A DNA stretch of 64,000 bases from Planctomycetota bacterium. GTDB lineage: Bacteria; Planctomycetota; Phycisphaerae; Sedimentisphaerales; Anaerobacaceae. This document shows positions 37,992-46,950 of this stretch, piece after piece (position 1 is the stretch's first letter; each line of letters starts with the position of its first letter). Below the pieces are notes generated by a model. It did no database searches. It was not told where the DNA came from and worked only from the letters and a program-made list of their open reading frames with translations. Position numbers and translations under genes: made by a program. The DNA is taken from assembly GCA_019456145.1 (NCBI GenBank), contig VRUL01000008.1, forward strand, positions 60,438-124,437, written 5' to 3'.

Positions 37992-39200
37992 ATGGACATC
38001 AAAATACTACTTTATTTATTGCTGTCGCTGCTAACCATTACTATTGGCTGTAGAACCCCCGCCGGGCCGATTATTATTAAGCCTGCTTATAACAGACCCT
38101 TGTTGCCCGGCCAACATGCGCTAAGAAAGGTAACAAATCCGGCGCAGATTCCCGACTTTACTTCGGCTTCTCTGGATTTACATCAATTAAGCCCGACAAT
38201 CAAAAAGAGCTTAAATTACCTCAAAAAGTCCTCGAGTAAACGGTATTTCCCGGTCAGCGGCATTACCCACCGGCGGGCTGTGGACAGCTTGGAGGCGTTT
38301 TTAGGCCTTTTGGATTCAGGTCACAGAGGGGCCGATTTAAACGCTGCCATCAGGGACAAATTTGACGTTTATATGTCAGTTGGTTGCGATGACCAGGGAA
38401 CGGTATTGTATACGGGTTATTACACACCTATTTTCGATGGTTCGTTCGAGCCCAGCGCACGTTTTAGCTATCCTTTGTACAAACAGCCGGTGGATTTGGT
38501 TAAGGGGCCTGACGGTGAAATATTTGGTCAACGCGGTGGCGATGGTACAATCAGACCTTACCCATCGCGTGCAGTTATTGAGGATCAAATGTTGTTTAAG
38601 GGCAACGAGTTAGTCTGGCTAAGTGATCGATTTGAAGTATACATCGCGCATGTCCAGGGCTCAGCAAAGATAAGGCTGCCGAACGGGCGGATAAGCACGG
38701 TAGGCTATGCTGCCAACAATGGCCATGAATATAAAAGTATTATGGAAGAACTGGTCAAAGATGGCAGGATAAGCAGCTCACAAATGAGCCTGGCGGCAAT
38801 GATAGATTACTTCGGGAATCACCCCGACCAGGTGGCCCGATATACGCAAATGAATCCGAGATTCGTGTTTTTCCAGAAAGAGCAAGGCGAACCACGAGGC
38901 AGTTTAAACGAACCTGTAACACCAATGAGAACCATTGCGACCGACAAGTCGATTTTCCCACGCGGCTGTTTAGCATTCATTTATTCCACCCTGCCGCAGG
39001 TCAAAACCGGCCAGGTTGTTCTACAGCCTTACAGCGGCTTTGCATTAGACCAGGATACAGGGGGGGCAATCCGGGCTCCCGGACGTTGTGACATATACAT
39101 AGGACAAGGTGACACAGCCGGTGAGCTTGCAGGGCGGATTTACCAGGAAGGTAAACTGTACTATTTGTTTTTGAAGTCAGGCGGTCCCCTTGCTCAATAA
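37992..39200 (+). CDS. mltA: Membrane-bound lytic murein transglycosylase A (MltA) family lipoprotein
   Basis: ATG at 37992 (MDIKILLYLLLSLLTITIGC, lipobox) is preceded by GACGGAG. Has YTGYYTPIFDGS...FSYPLYKQP and the 3D-domain segment LDQDTGGAIRAPGRCDIYIGQGDTAGELAG. Confidence 0.85.
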   Translation: MDIKILLYLLLSLLTITIGCRTPAGPIIIKPAYNRPLLPGQHALRKVTNPAQIPDFTSASLDLHQLSPTIKKSLNYLKKSSSKRYFPVSGITHRRAVDSLEAFLGLLDSGHRGADLNAAIRDKFDVYMSVGCDDQGTVLYTGYYTPIFDGSFEPSARFSYPLYKQPVDLVKGPDGEIFGQRGGDGTIRPYPSRAVIEDQMLFKGNELVWLSDRFEVYIAHVQGSAKIRLPNGRISTVGYAANNGHEYKSIMEELVKDGRISSSQMSLAAMIDYFGNHPDQVARYTQMNPRFVFFQKEQGEPRGSLNEPVTPMRTIATDKSIFPRGCLAFIYSTLPQVKTGQVVLQPYSGFALDQDTGGAIRAPGRCDIYIGQGDTAGELAGRIYQEGKLYYLFLKSGGPLAQ

Positions 39201-39219
39201 AAAAAGCAAGTCGAAATAA

Positions 39220-39257
39220 GAAAAGGCCGCGGGCCTGTGCCTTCTCGCGACCTTTTC
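39220..39257. terminator. Bidirectional terminator hairpin between convergent genes
   Basis: gaaaaggccgcg (39220-39231) pairs with cgcgaccttttc (39246-39257) at 11/12 positions. A/T runs flank the hairpin on both sides. It lies between the mltA stop (39200) and the GEVED gene stop (39286). Confidence 0.6.
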
Positions 39258-39285
39258 TCGTGTAAAGTATTAGTAGTCAATGCGT

Positions 39286-42200
39286 TTAGGGACTATCGAT
39301 AAGCCACTGTGACGCGAATGTTGCAAAGTCGGTAAAATCTACAGCCCGGCTGCAGTTCAAATCAGCCTCCCGGACACATCTGGTCGTTGGGACAAAGAAG
39401 TAATCCTCTGTCTCACCAATCTTATAGCCGCCTCTTGGCCCGGAGCCTCCATAGCCGATGCTATTGGTAGAAGGAACACCGGCGGCAGTAGTAGAGACCG
39501 CAACCGGTCCCCGGGGACGCTCGGAAATGGTAATCCTCATCCAGATCGGGTCCACCCTGTAGACATCGTTAGGATATCTAAGCCGATGGTATGGGATGAA
39601 TGCAGGCGTCGTGATCTTGTGTATGCCTGCCGGTAAATGCGTAAGGACCTGATTGCGTACGGCCCATTCTCTGGCTAAGCCGCGATGCTTATTGGTAATC
39701 TCATTGGCGATACCGCAATCCATCACATCATCCCAATCGCCGTCTCGGTTCCAGTCGAACCAGACGTTGACATAGAGTTCATCAATTGGGTGAATAATCG
39801 TGACGATGTAATCAAACTTTGTCCTGCGACAATGCGGCAGGTTCAGAGGTACCTTAATGCCGTCATCAGCCGAATCCATGTCCGGTTTGTCTCTTGGCGG
39901 AATTATGTTATTTGTCGGGTCCTGGTCGTATCCAAAATCGGCTTCAGTCTCAAGAGACACTCTCCCGCCAAGATGAGCAACCATGTCCGGATACCAGTGA
40001 ATTGGCCCGTGAGGCGGCGAACCAGTCATGTAAACTGTCGGGTAATTTGCTTTGACAGTTACCGGCAGAGGTCCGACGGATGTATAGGCAGTCATGTTGA
40101 GATTGAAGTTGTTCGTACTATCCGGAGCGTCCCCCAGATCGGCGGTTTTCTCAGGTTGTTCTTCAATCTTCACGAGGTAATCTTCAACTTCGCCGTTTCT
40201 CGCCGGCCCGCCGTAGTGCAGTCCGCCGTGTGTGCTGAACCGGAATCGCCCATACGTCCTTACATCAGCAGCTACCGCATAAGGATAGCGTGGCACGTGA
40301 TATTTGAGATAGTTAACACCGGCGGTAAGGGGTTCGCCGGCAAATATCTGTTCGCCGAAGTCATCCCAGTCACCGTCAGCGTTGAAGTCTATCCATGCGT
40401 CAAGAAGTCCGTCAACCGAAGCGATCACCTCGACCTTGGCTATCAGTCCCGGGACAAGTGGTGTTATAAAGATAACGCCGTCTTCATCGTCGATGCTGCT
40501 GTCAAGATCATCCCCGTCGGCAGCGAGCGTAGGCTGACCATTAAATTCGGGATCAATAGCCCTGCCAAGGTAAATTTTCGGATCAATGATATGACGGGCG
40601 CCGTTTCGGGCCAATGTCGTCGGATAGGTATTGCAACGGGCCACATTTGAATCATTACAACGCAATTCAGGTGCATCACCGAAATCGAATTCAGGTTGAG
40701 GCCCTTCAATTTTGACGATGTAATCTTCGACCTCGCCGTTTTCTGCAAGCCCGGAGTATCCCATGTTTACGGCCTCTGTTGTGAATCGGAAGCGAGAGTA
40801 AGTTCTGGTGTCAACTGCAATCACCGAAGCCGCCGGCACAACAAACTTAAGGTGATTAACACCGGCAACAAGAGGCTCATCGGTGAAAATCTGCTCAGCG
40901 GCTCCATTCCAGTCACCGTTGCCGTCGAAATCGATCCAGGCATTGAGGAATCCATCCACTGATGCGATAACTTTGATTTCAGCTATAGTTCCGGGAATAA
41001 TAGGTGTTCCAAAAAAGACACCATCTTCATCGTCGATGCTGCTGTCAAGATCATCGCCGTCGGCTGCGATCGTCGGCTGACCATCCGGCTCTCCATCGAT
41101 GTATCGACCCAGGCGTACTCTCGGATTGATTTTATGGCGTGCGCCATCGTTGATTCGCAGCGTAGGATAACCTGAAGGAACAAAATCACCGTCAGGCGCA
41201 TCGCCGTAATCAAGTTTTGGCTGTGGGGCATCGGCAATGGCGACCATGTAGTCTTCAACTTCGCCATCATACGCCGGCCCATAGTAATTCAAACGTCCGT
41301 AAGTGCTGAACCGGAAACGAGCATAAGTTTTTCTCTGGTCATAATCAGCAATGCTAAGAGGCACTTTGAAAGTAAGCGTGTTTCCACCAACAGTCAACGC
41401 TTCACTGAAGAATATCCGCTCACCAAAATCGTCCCAGTCACCATCAGCGTTAAAGTCTATCCATGCATCGAGGAAGCCCTTAGCCGAAGCCAGAACATTG
41501 ACAGTTGCTGTTGTGCCCGGGACAAGAGGCAAATTATCAAAAAAGACACCGTCTTCATCGTCCACACCATTGTTATCGTCACCGTCGGCATAAGGGGTTG
41601 GTTGACCGTCCGGCTCAGCATCAATATGAATAACAGTGGTAAAAGGTGAACCCAGGTATACTGCGGGATTGATGATATGGCGGGCGCCGTTTCTTGCCAG
41701 CGTCGTCGGATAGCTGTTGCACTGTGATAGTGATAGTGAATTTGTATCATCGCAATACCTCTCCGGGGCATCTCCAAAATCCATTAGGGCCCCAGTGTCC
41801 TTGCCGTTAATGACAAATGCCATATGATGCAGCCTGATAAATGTTCCATCAGGTTCAGTAACCGGCCGCCATGTGTCGCTCGAAGAGAGAGGCCAGAGCC
41901 GCCAAAGCGCCGGGCTCCCCCACTTATCAATGGACGTCTTCCAGCCGACTTCGGGCTGCGGCCTTGGACTCTCATAGAGCGTAGCGTTAGCGCGGATGAC
42001 AAGCCAGTAAACCTCAGCTTCCTTTTGTAAGAAGGGATTTTCAATCTCAGTAATATTGACCAGGGCGTACCACGTATGATTGTCCGGTATAATTTGATCG
42101 GCCTGTTGCGTCATACACGGGCATAACCATCCTTGTAATGAAGGTTGTTCCTGTCGCAATTCTATTTTGCCTTTTCCGAATCTCCACAGCTCTTGACCCG

Positions 42201-42495
42201 GCTGAGAATTCGCGTCACTGTAGATGGAAACAGTCCAGCCAAGTACTTCATCGACCAAATCATCTTTCCATGATATCCAGAAATGAATATCCGTAACAGC
42301 CCCGCTATTGGTGCACTCGAAGTCGTCGGCTACGACCATCCTTCTAAAGCACACATCCCAGCCTCTCGGGTCGGGTTTTTGCGGGTAATGCATTTTCCAA
42401 CCATCTTCAGGAACCCAATGGCCCATACATGGCTGCAATGAGCTTATTAAAAACACAAAGCCCAAAAATAATGTTGTCCACTTGAAACTTCTCAT
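39286..42495 (-). CDS. Secreted exoprotein with four GEVED-type repeats and a C-terminal dockerin-like EF-hand motif
   Basis: Has a signal peptide (MRSFKWTTLFLGFVFLISSLQPCMG). Three ~170-aa repeats each start D(F/Y)GDAP and end GEVEDY (aa 239-417, 429-593, 604-775). A divergent fourth repeat ends GETEDYF (aa ~787-1033). The tail is ADLNCSRAVDFTDFATFASQWL. Confidence 0.8.
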   Translation of the reverse strand: MRSFKWTTLFLGFVFLISSLQPCMGHWVPEDGWKMHYPQKPDPRGWDVCFRRMVVADDFECTNSGAVTDIHFWISWKDDLVDEVLGWTVSIYSDANSQPGQELWRFGKGKIELRQEQPSLQGWLCPCMTQQADQIIPDNHTWYALVNITEIENPFLQKEAEVYWLVIRANATLYESPRPQPEVGWKTSIDKWGSPALWRLWPLSSSDTWRPVTEPDGTFIRLHHMAFVINGKDTGALMDFGDAPERYCDDTNSLSLSQCNSYPTTLARNGARHIINPAVYLGSPFTTVIHIDAEPDGQPTPYADGDDNNGVDDEDGVFFDNLPLVPGTTATVNVLASAKGFLDAWIDFNADGDWDDFGERIFFSEALTVGGNTLTFKVPLSIADYDQRKTYARFRFSTYGRLNYYGPAYDGEVEDYMVAIADAPQPKLDYGDAPDGDFVPSGYPTLRINDGARHKINPRVRLGRYIDGEPDGQPTIAADGDDLDSSIDDEDGVFFGTPIIPGTIAEIKVIASVDGFLNAWIDFDGNGDWNGAAEQIFTDEPLVAGVNHLKFVVPAASVIAVDTRTYSRFRFTTEAVNMGYSGLAENGEVEDYIVKIEGPQPEFDFGDAPELRCNDSNVARCNTYPTTLARNGARHIIDPKIYLGRAIDPEFNGQPTLAADGDDLDSSIDDEDGVIFITPLVPGLIAKVEVIASVDGLLDAWIDFNADGDWDDFGEQIFAGEPLTAGVNYLKYHVPRYPYAVAADVRTYGRFRFSTHGGLHYGGPARNGEVEDYLVKIEEQPEKTADLGDAPDSTNNFNLNMTAYTSVGPLPVTVKANYPTVYMTGSPPHGPIHWYPDMVAHLGGRVSLETEADFGYDQDPTNNIIPPRDKPDMDSADDGIKVPLNLPHCRRTKFDYIVTIIHPIDELYVNVWFDWNRDGDWDDVMDCGIANEITNKHRGLAREWAVRNQVLTHLPAGIHKITTPAFIPYHRLRYPNDVYRVDPIWMRITISERPRGPVAVSTTAAGVPSTNSIGYGGSGPRGGYKIGETEDYFFVPTTRCVREADLNCSRAVDFTDFATFASQWLIDSP
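40171..41781 (-). repeat. Intragenic tandem repeat (three ~510-bp GEVED modules)
   Basis: DNA-level conservation between modules. For example, tcttcatcgtcgatgctgctgtcaagatcatc.ccgtcggc occurs at 40481-40521 and at 41024-41064 with one mismatch. Confidence 0.85.
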
Positions 42496-42893
42496 TGTAC
42501 GTCCTCCTAATAAAAGGCCATTCTTTCTTCAACGTTCCCGATGAAGGTTTACTTTGCTCGGAATTTGGTTGGGCCCTAACCCAAAATTCGATCATCCTGT
42601 CAACAACTGTCTTTTGTCTTTCAATATATCTGGTGCCTGAGGAGCAAATCTGTTTCGTAAAAAATTTTTATTCTTCTTATTTTTTCAAAATAATCCGGCC
42701 TTATTAACTCAAAGAAACGTACTAATGCGTATTTTGCTTGAATAAAAGCTGATAATTTGCTAAACTAATGTGTTCTTAATGGAAATAATGCCTCAGCAGG
42801 AGTCGTGATGAACTCGCATAATTTTCCGGTTTGTCCTGAAAAAAACGAAACAAAAACCCGTCTGCGGACACTTTTATAAGGTAGCGCTTCTAT

Positions 42894-44780
42894 ATGGAGG
42901 AACTAAATATTCCTATAGAGCTTATCAGCCAGGCCCAGCTTGGCAAAAAGGACAGCATTGATAGTCTGGTCGCTATCGTCTGGGCGCCTTTGAAAAGTTA
43001 TATTTACCGAAGGACCCTGGATGATAACCTTACCGAGGATATTGTTCAGGAAAGTATACTCGAGTTGATTAAGATGATTGGCAGACTGCAAAGAAAAGAT
43101 CGATTTTGGCCTTGGCTCTGTAAGATAGCGCTGAACAAAATCCGCATTTATAACAGGTCCGAGCGGCGAAAAAAAGCGGCCCTGATGTCTAAAGCCAGGC
43201 GGGACCGGCGCCCAAATAAATATCAGGAAGAAAACGTAGCTGAACTGGTCAACGAGGAACTCAAGCAAAGCGTCATCAAGGCCATGCGCCAGTTGAGGTT
43301 GCGTCACCGCGAAGTCCTGGCTTTGCGATGCTATGAGAGCAAAAGCTATTCGCAGATTTCAGACGAGATGGGTTGTACTGAGCTGGGTGCTCGTCTGTTG
43401 TTCTTTCGGGCTAAGAAATCGCTTGCCAAAGAGCTTGCGCGTAACGGTCTTGGTAAAGGCTCATTGCTGTTGGCGCTTGTGATTATTGGAAAGATAACGG
43501 CCCCAACCAAGGCCGCAGCCGCAGGCGTATCAATCACCGCTGGGACTATGTATGTCGGTACTGCCGCTACTGTTATAGGAGCGGTCGCATCCGCAAAAGG
43601 TATTGCTGTATTGACAGCCGCCGCAGCGATTACGGTTTCTTCAGCCGTGGTGGGCCCGAAGATGGCACAGACCCCGAACATAGATCGGCCCGGCTTTAAA
43701 GCAAACCAACATGTCATAAGGCCTCCCGCTAAAACCTTCGAGGGTCTGGAAGAAAGTTGTTATTTCTTCCCTGAAGGTATAAACGGCCCTGTGATGATAA
43801 GGCAAATACAACGAAACGAAAAGAAAAACCAAACGTACTGCAGACGGCTCCAAAACGATAGTATGAACTACTATACCAATGGCGGAAAGGTATTCATGAA
43901 CAATCACCGTATGTGGGCCGAAGATCTCAGCGTCCACAGGCTGCCAACGGACCCCAAACAGCTCAGAGAATTCCTTTCCCTTATGGAAGGTAAATCCACC
44001 GAGCCGGATTATCTCCCCTGCACCGACACGGCGAGAAATCTGCTTGTCACTGTAAGACGAAATGCTCAAAACACTAACAATATATTAGAAACAGTTCGCC
44101 ACTATAATGTGGTCGAGGAAGAATTCTTCCAGTACGACTGGCCCGAAGGAACAAAGAAGATTGATAATCGCGATGCAATGCATAAACGCGGCTGGACTTA
44201 TTTTAAAATTACAGGACAGATAAACGGAGAAGAAGTTGTGGGCCGCGGCAGAATTCCATTGGTTTACCAGAAGCATCGATCTCACTATGCATGGTTAAGA
44301 TTAAAAGTCGGCGCAGAACTTGAAATTGTAGATAGCGCCGATGGGGCCGGTATTTATGGGCCCAACCGGAAATTGCTGGCAACATACCCACCCGGTTCGT
44401 TTATGAAGGGCCTGGCAAGACCCTGGATGGGCCTGCACACGATAGATACAATCAGGCGCGATGCCGCTGAACAATCGATATGGTTCCAGAGCAGATATTC
44501 TTCAGGCAAAGAAAAAACAGAAGTAACATTGAGTCAGAAGCATATCAAGCTCATCTACGCGATTGATATGAACAACGATATTGTCGAAAAAATAACGTTT
44601 ATTGGAAGCGAAAAAAATACAGCGGCTCAGAACGTCTTACGAATTAGCTATTTACAGGATTTAGACCGGATACCCGACGGATTCACTGTGCCCAAGATTC
44701 GAACAAACTCGAGTTTGTCAAAAACCGCTCCGGGGATACAATGGCTCTTTCGTCTTGCTGACGGAACTTTGGTCAAATAA
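42894..44780 (+). CDS. ECF sigma-like domain fused to a membrane-spanning Ala/Gly-rich segment and a ~370-aa C-terminal domain of unknown function
   Basis: Has N-terminal sigma region 2 (LTEDIVQESILELIKMIGRL...FWPWLCKIALNKI) and a region 4 HTH (SYSQISDEMGCTELGARLLFFRAKKSL). A hydrophobic stretch follows (GSLLLALVIIGKITAP...GIAVLTAAAAITVSSAVVG), then an unassigned domain. Confidence 0.75.
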   Translation: MEELNIPIELISQAQLGKKDSIDSLVAIVWAPLKSYIYRRTLDDNLTEDIVQESILELIKMIGRLQRKDRFWPWLCKIALNKIRIYNRSERRKKAALMSKARRDRRPNKYQEENVAELVNEELKQSVIKAMRQLRLRHREVLALRCYESKSYSQISDEMGCTELGARLLFFRAKKSLAKELARNGLGKGSLLLALVIIGKITAPTKAAAAGVSITAGTMYVGTAATVIGAVASAKGIAVLTAAAAITVSSAVVGPKMAQTPNIDRPGFKANQHVIRPPAKTFEGLEESCYFFPEGINGPVMIRQIQRNEKKNQTYCRRLQNDSMNYYTNGGKVFMNNHRMWAEDLSVHRLPTDPKQLREFLSLMEGKSTEPDYLPCTDTARNLLVTVRRNAQNTNNILETVRHYNVVEEEFFQYDWPEGTKKIDNRDAMHKRGWTYFKITGQINGEEVVGRGRIPLVYQKHRSHYAWLRLKVGAELEIVDSADGAGIYGPNRKLLATYPPGSFMKGLARPWMGLHTIDTIRRDAAEQSIWFQSRYSSGKEKTEVTLSQKHIKLIYAIDMNNDIVEKITFIGSEKNTAAQNVLRISYLQDLDRIPDGFTVPKIRTNSSLSKTAPGIQWLFRLADGTLVK

Positions 44781-44784
44781 GAAA

Positions 44785-46950
44785 ATGCTGAATCGTACCT
44801 GTGCAATTTTGGTTCTTTTTTTAAGCATGTCCCTTCCTGCTTTTGGCCAGCGCATTTTGTACGTGGACCCAGCCGGCGCCGATATAGACGGAACAACCTG
44901 GGCCAGGGCTTTTAATCATTTGCAGAGCGCTCTTGCGATTGCTCAGCCAGGCGATGAAATAAGGGTCGCAAAGGGGATCTATAAGCCGGACCGAGGCGCC
45001 AATACTACTGCCGGCGATCGTAATGCCTCGTTTAGACTGGTCAATGGCGTGGTTATCAAGGGAGGTTATCGCGGGATAGCGCAACTTCTAAATCCTGATA
45101 TACGTAATATTAATCTATATGCAAGCATTCTAAGCGGCGATCTCGGTGACAATGACACGCTCGAAGTTATAAATAATACCGATGATAACAGTTACCATGT
45201 TGTATTAAGCAGCAATGTAGGTCCGACAACCGTACTGGATGGTTTTACTATTATTGGAGGAGATGCTTTTGCATCGGCTATAAGTACTCGCGGCGGTGGT
45301 ATGCGTAACATTGCCGGCAGTCCGACAATCAGACACTGTATATTCATCGATAACTTTGCACAAGATGCCGGCGGGGCAATGCTCAATGATTCCAACAGCA
45401 ACCCGATACTCATCAATTGCACCTTCAGCGGAAACTGGGCTGCTAATTCAGGCGGCGGTATTCAGAACACCCCTGACAGCAATCCAAGAATAATTAACTG
45501 TATCTTCTGGGGCAATACCACCAGTAGTATCGTTAATAATTTATCTTCTCAGATTAGCGGCGGAAATCCCGTCATTAGATATAGTTGTTTACAGGGATGG
45601 ACAAATGGCCAGGGTATGGGCAACATTGGAGATGATCCGTTATTCGCAGCCCCGCTCCATGGCGATTTTCACTTGCGCTCACAAAGAGGCAGATTTATGG
45701 TGTTCAAAGGCGGCTTTGGCCCGGCAGAAGAACTTCGTGTATCGGATGAGCAAACCAGTCCATGTATTGACGCCGGTGATCCGGGGATCGATTTCAGCGC
45801 CGAACCGGCTCCAAACGGCCGGCGTATCAACATGGGTGCGTACGGAGGTACCTATCAAGCAAGTGCAAGCTTTTGGAAAATGTCCAGTGATGAGAACCGC
45901 GATTTTGTTGTAGACGTTAGAGATTTGAAACTGATAATCGGTCATTGGTTGGAAGCGTTACCATGGACTTTTGCTAAGGAGTATCCGCCGTCGCCACTGC
46001 CCCCACCGCCAAAATCAGGGACAACCTATCATGTAGACATCATTCGCGGCAGTGCTGTTGGTGATGGACTCAGCCCCGAAACTGCTTTTAATACAATCCA
46101 GCAGGGAATCGATGCTGCACAGGACAATGATACTGTATTAGTCTCACCGGGTGTATACGACCTGGACTATCAGCTTAACTTCTACGGCAAAGCTATAACC
46201 GTAAGAAGTGCTTCCGATGCAGCTATGTTAAGAGCAGCTTACGGCAATGGCATTGGTGTAGAATTCAGTTCGGGCGAAGACTCCAACAGCGTCCTGGCCA
46301 ACTTTGTCATCACGGATTTTGATATCGGTATTTATATTATCAATAGCGGTGTAAAACCGAGTTCGCCGACGATTACTAATGTCACGGTTGTAGACAATAT
46401 TTACGGGCTTTACGTGGATTTTTCGGATCCAAAAAGCACTCCGAATATCAGCAATTGTATTTTCTGGGACAACAGCCAGTCCGACATATCCAGCCTGGAA
46501 AATCAGCCCCTGGTAAGCTACAGTTGCATAGAAGATGGCCATAATGGGCCGGGCAATATAAGCCGGGATCCGTTGTTCGCTAATCCTCTCGATTATGATT
46601 ATCACCTGCTTTCAACCCAGGGCCGGTTCTTTCCTAATAATGGTTACCCGGCCTACCTGCAAAAGCTTTGGGTTTTGGATAAGAGGGTTAGTCCATGTAT
46701 CGACGCAGGTGATCCGAGAATAAACCCGGCCCGTGAGCTTATCACAGGAGGCGGCAGGATTAACATGGGTGCTTATGGAAATACACCATACGCCGGCAGG
46801 AGTCACTGGGTGCTTAGAGGAGATGTTAATAAAAATGGCAAAGTTAACTTTGCCGACTATGCCGCCGGTGCCGCGAATTGGCTTAAAATCGCGCCATGGC
46901 TTTATGAACGGCAAGGAGCAGATTACTATACGTCACAGAATAACAAATAA
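44785..46950 (+). CDS. Secreted right-handed beta-helix protein (choice-of-anchor-Q-like), two tandem modules each ending in a dockerin-like motif
   Basis: ATG at 44785 (MLNRTCAILVLFLSMSLPAFG) lies 5 nt after the upstream stop. Has DGFTIIGG..GGGMRN..SPTIRHCIF..NCTFSGN..GGGIQN..NCIFWGN. Both DPLFA..GDFHL..SPCIDAGDP..RINMGAYG segments are followed by D.N.D..V...D....WL motifs (nt 45883-45951 and 46816-46884). Confidence 0.75.
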   Translation: MLNRTCAILVLFLSMSLPAFGQRILYVDPAGADIDGTTWARAFNHLQSALAIAQPGDEIRVAKGIYKPDRGANTTAGDRNASFRLVNGVVIKGGYRGIAQLLNPDIRNINLYASILSGDLGDNDTLEVINNTDDNSYHVVLSSNVGPTTVLDGFTIIGGDAFASAISTRGGGMRNIAGSPTIRHCIFIDNFAQDAGGAMLNDSNSNPILINCTFSGNWAANSGGGIQNTPDSNPRIINCIFWGNTTSSIVNNLSSQISGGNPVIRYSCLQGWTNGQGMGNIGDDPLFAAPLHGDFHLRSQRGRFMVFKGGFGPAEELRVSDEQTSPCIDAGDPGIDFSAEPAPNGRRINMGAYGGTYQASASFWKMSSDENRDFVVDVRDLKLIIGHWLEALPWTFAKEYPPSPLPPPPKSGTTYHVDIIRGSAVGDGLSPETAFNTIQQGIDAAQDNDTVLVSPGVYDLDYQLNFYGKAITVRSASDAAMLRAAYGNGIGVEFSSGEDSNSVLANFVITDFDIGIYIINSGVKPSSPTITNVTVVDNIYGLYVDFSDPKSTPNISNCIFWDNSQSDISSLENQPLVSYSCIEDGHNGPGNISRDPLFANPLDYDYHLLSTQGRFFPNNGYPAYLQKLWVLDKRVSPCIDAGDPRINPARELITGGGRINMGAYGNTPYAGRSHWVLRGDVNKNGKVNFADYAAGAANWLKIAPWLYERQGADYYTSQNNK

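Noticed and set aside
39685-40650. Long antisense ORFs inside large genes. Examples: 39685..40650 (321 aa), 58581..59399 (272 aa), 60960..61781 (273 aa), 6717..7379 (220 aa), 33342..34046 (234 aa), 30351..31025 (224 aa), 2008..2718 (236 aa) and 1189..1860 (223 aa).
   Set aside because: Each is fully embedded opposite a gene with strong family motifs. Their translations are low-complexity and Arg/Pro/Ser-rich, as expected for antisense frames of moderately GC-rich genes.
42837-42863. The ECF-type promoter-like pattern tgaaaaaaac...cccgtct upstream of the sigma-fusion gene.
   Set aside because: The spacing between the AAC and CGTC elements (12-18 nt depending on register) does not fit the usual 16-17 nt cleanly, and the -35 is within a poly-A run. 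This is too weak to call.
46733-46903. The N-terminal 57-codon extension of the pseudopilin ORF given in the track.
   Set aside because: It would overlap the upstream beta-helix gene by 218 nt. It would also bury the class III signal (KAFTLIELL) about 70 residues from the N-terminus. The internal ATG at 46904 gives the normal short leader.
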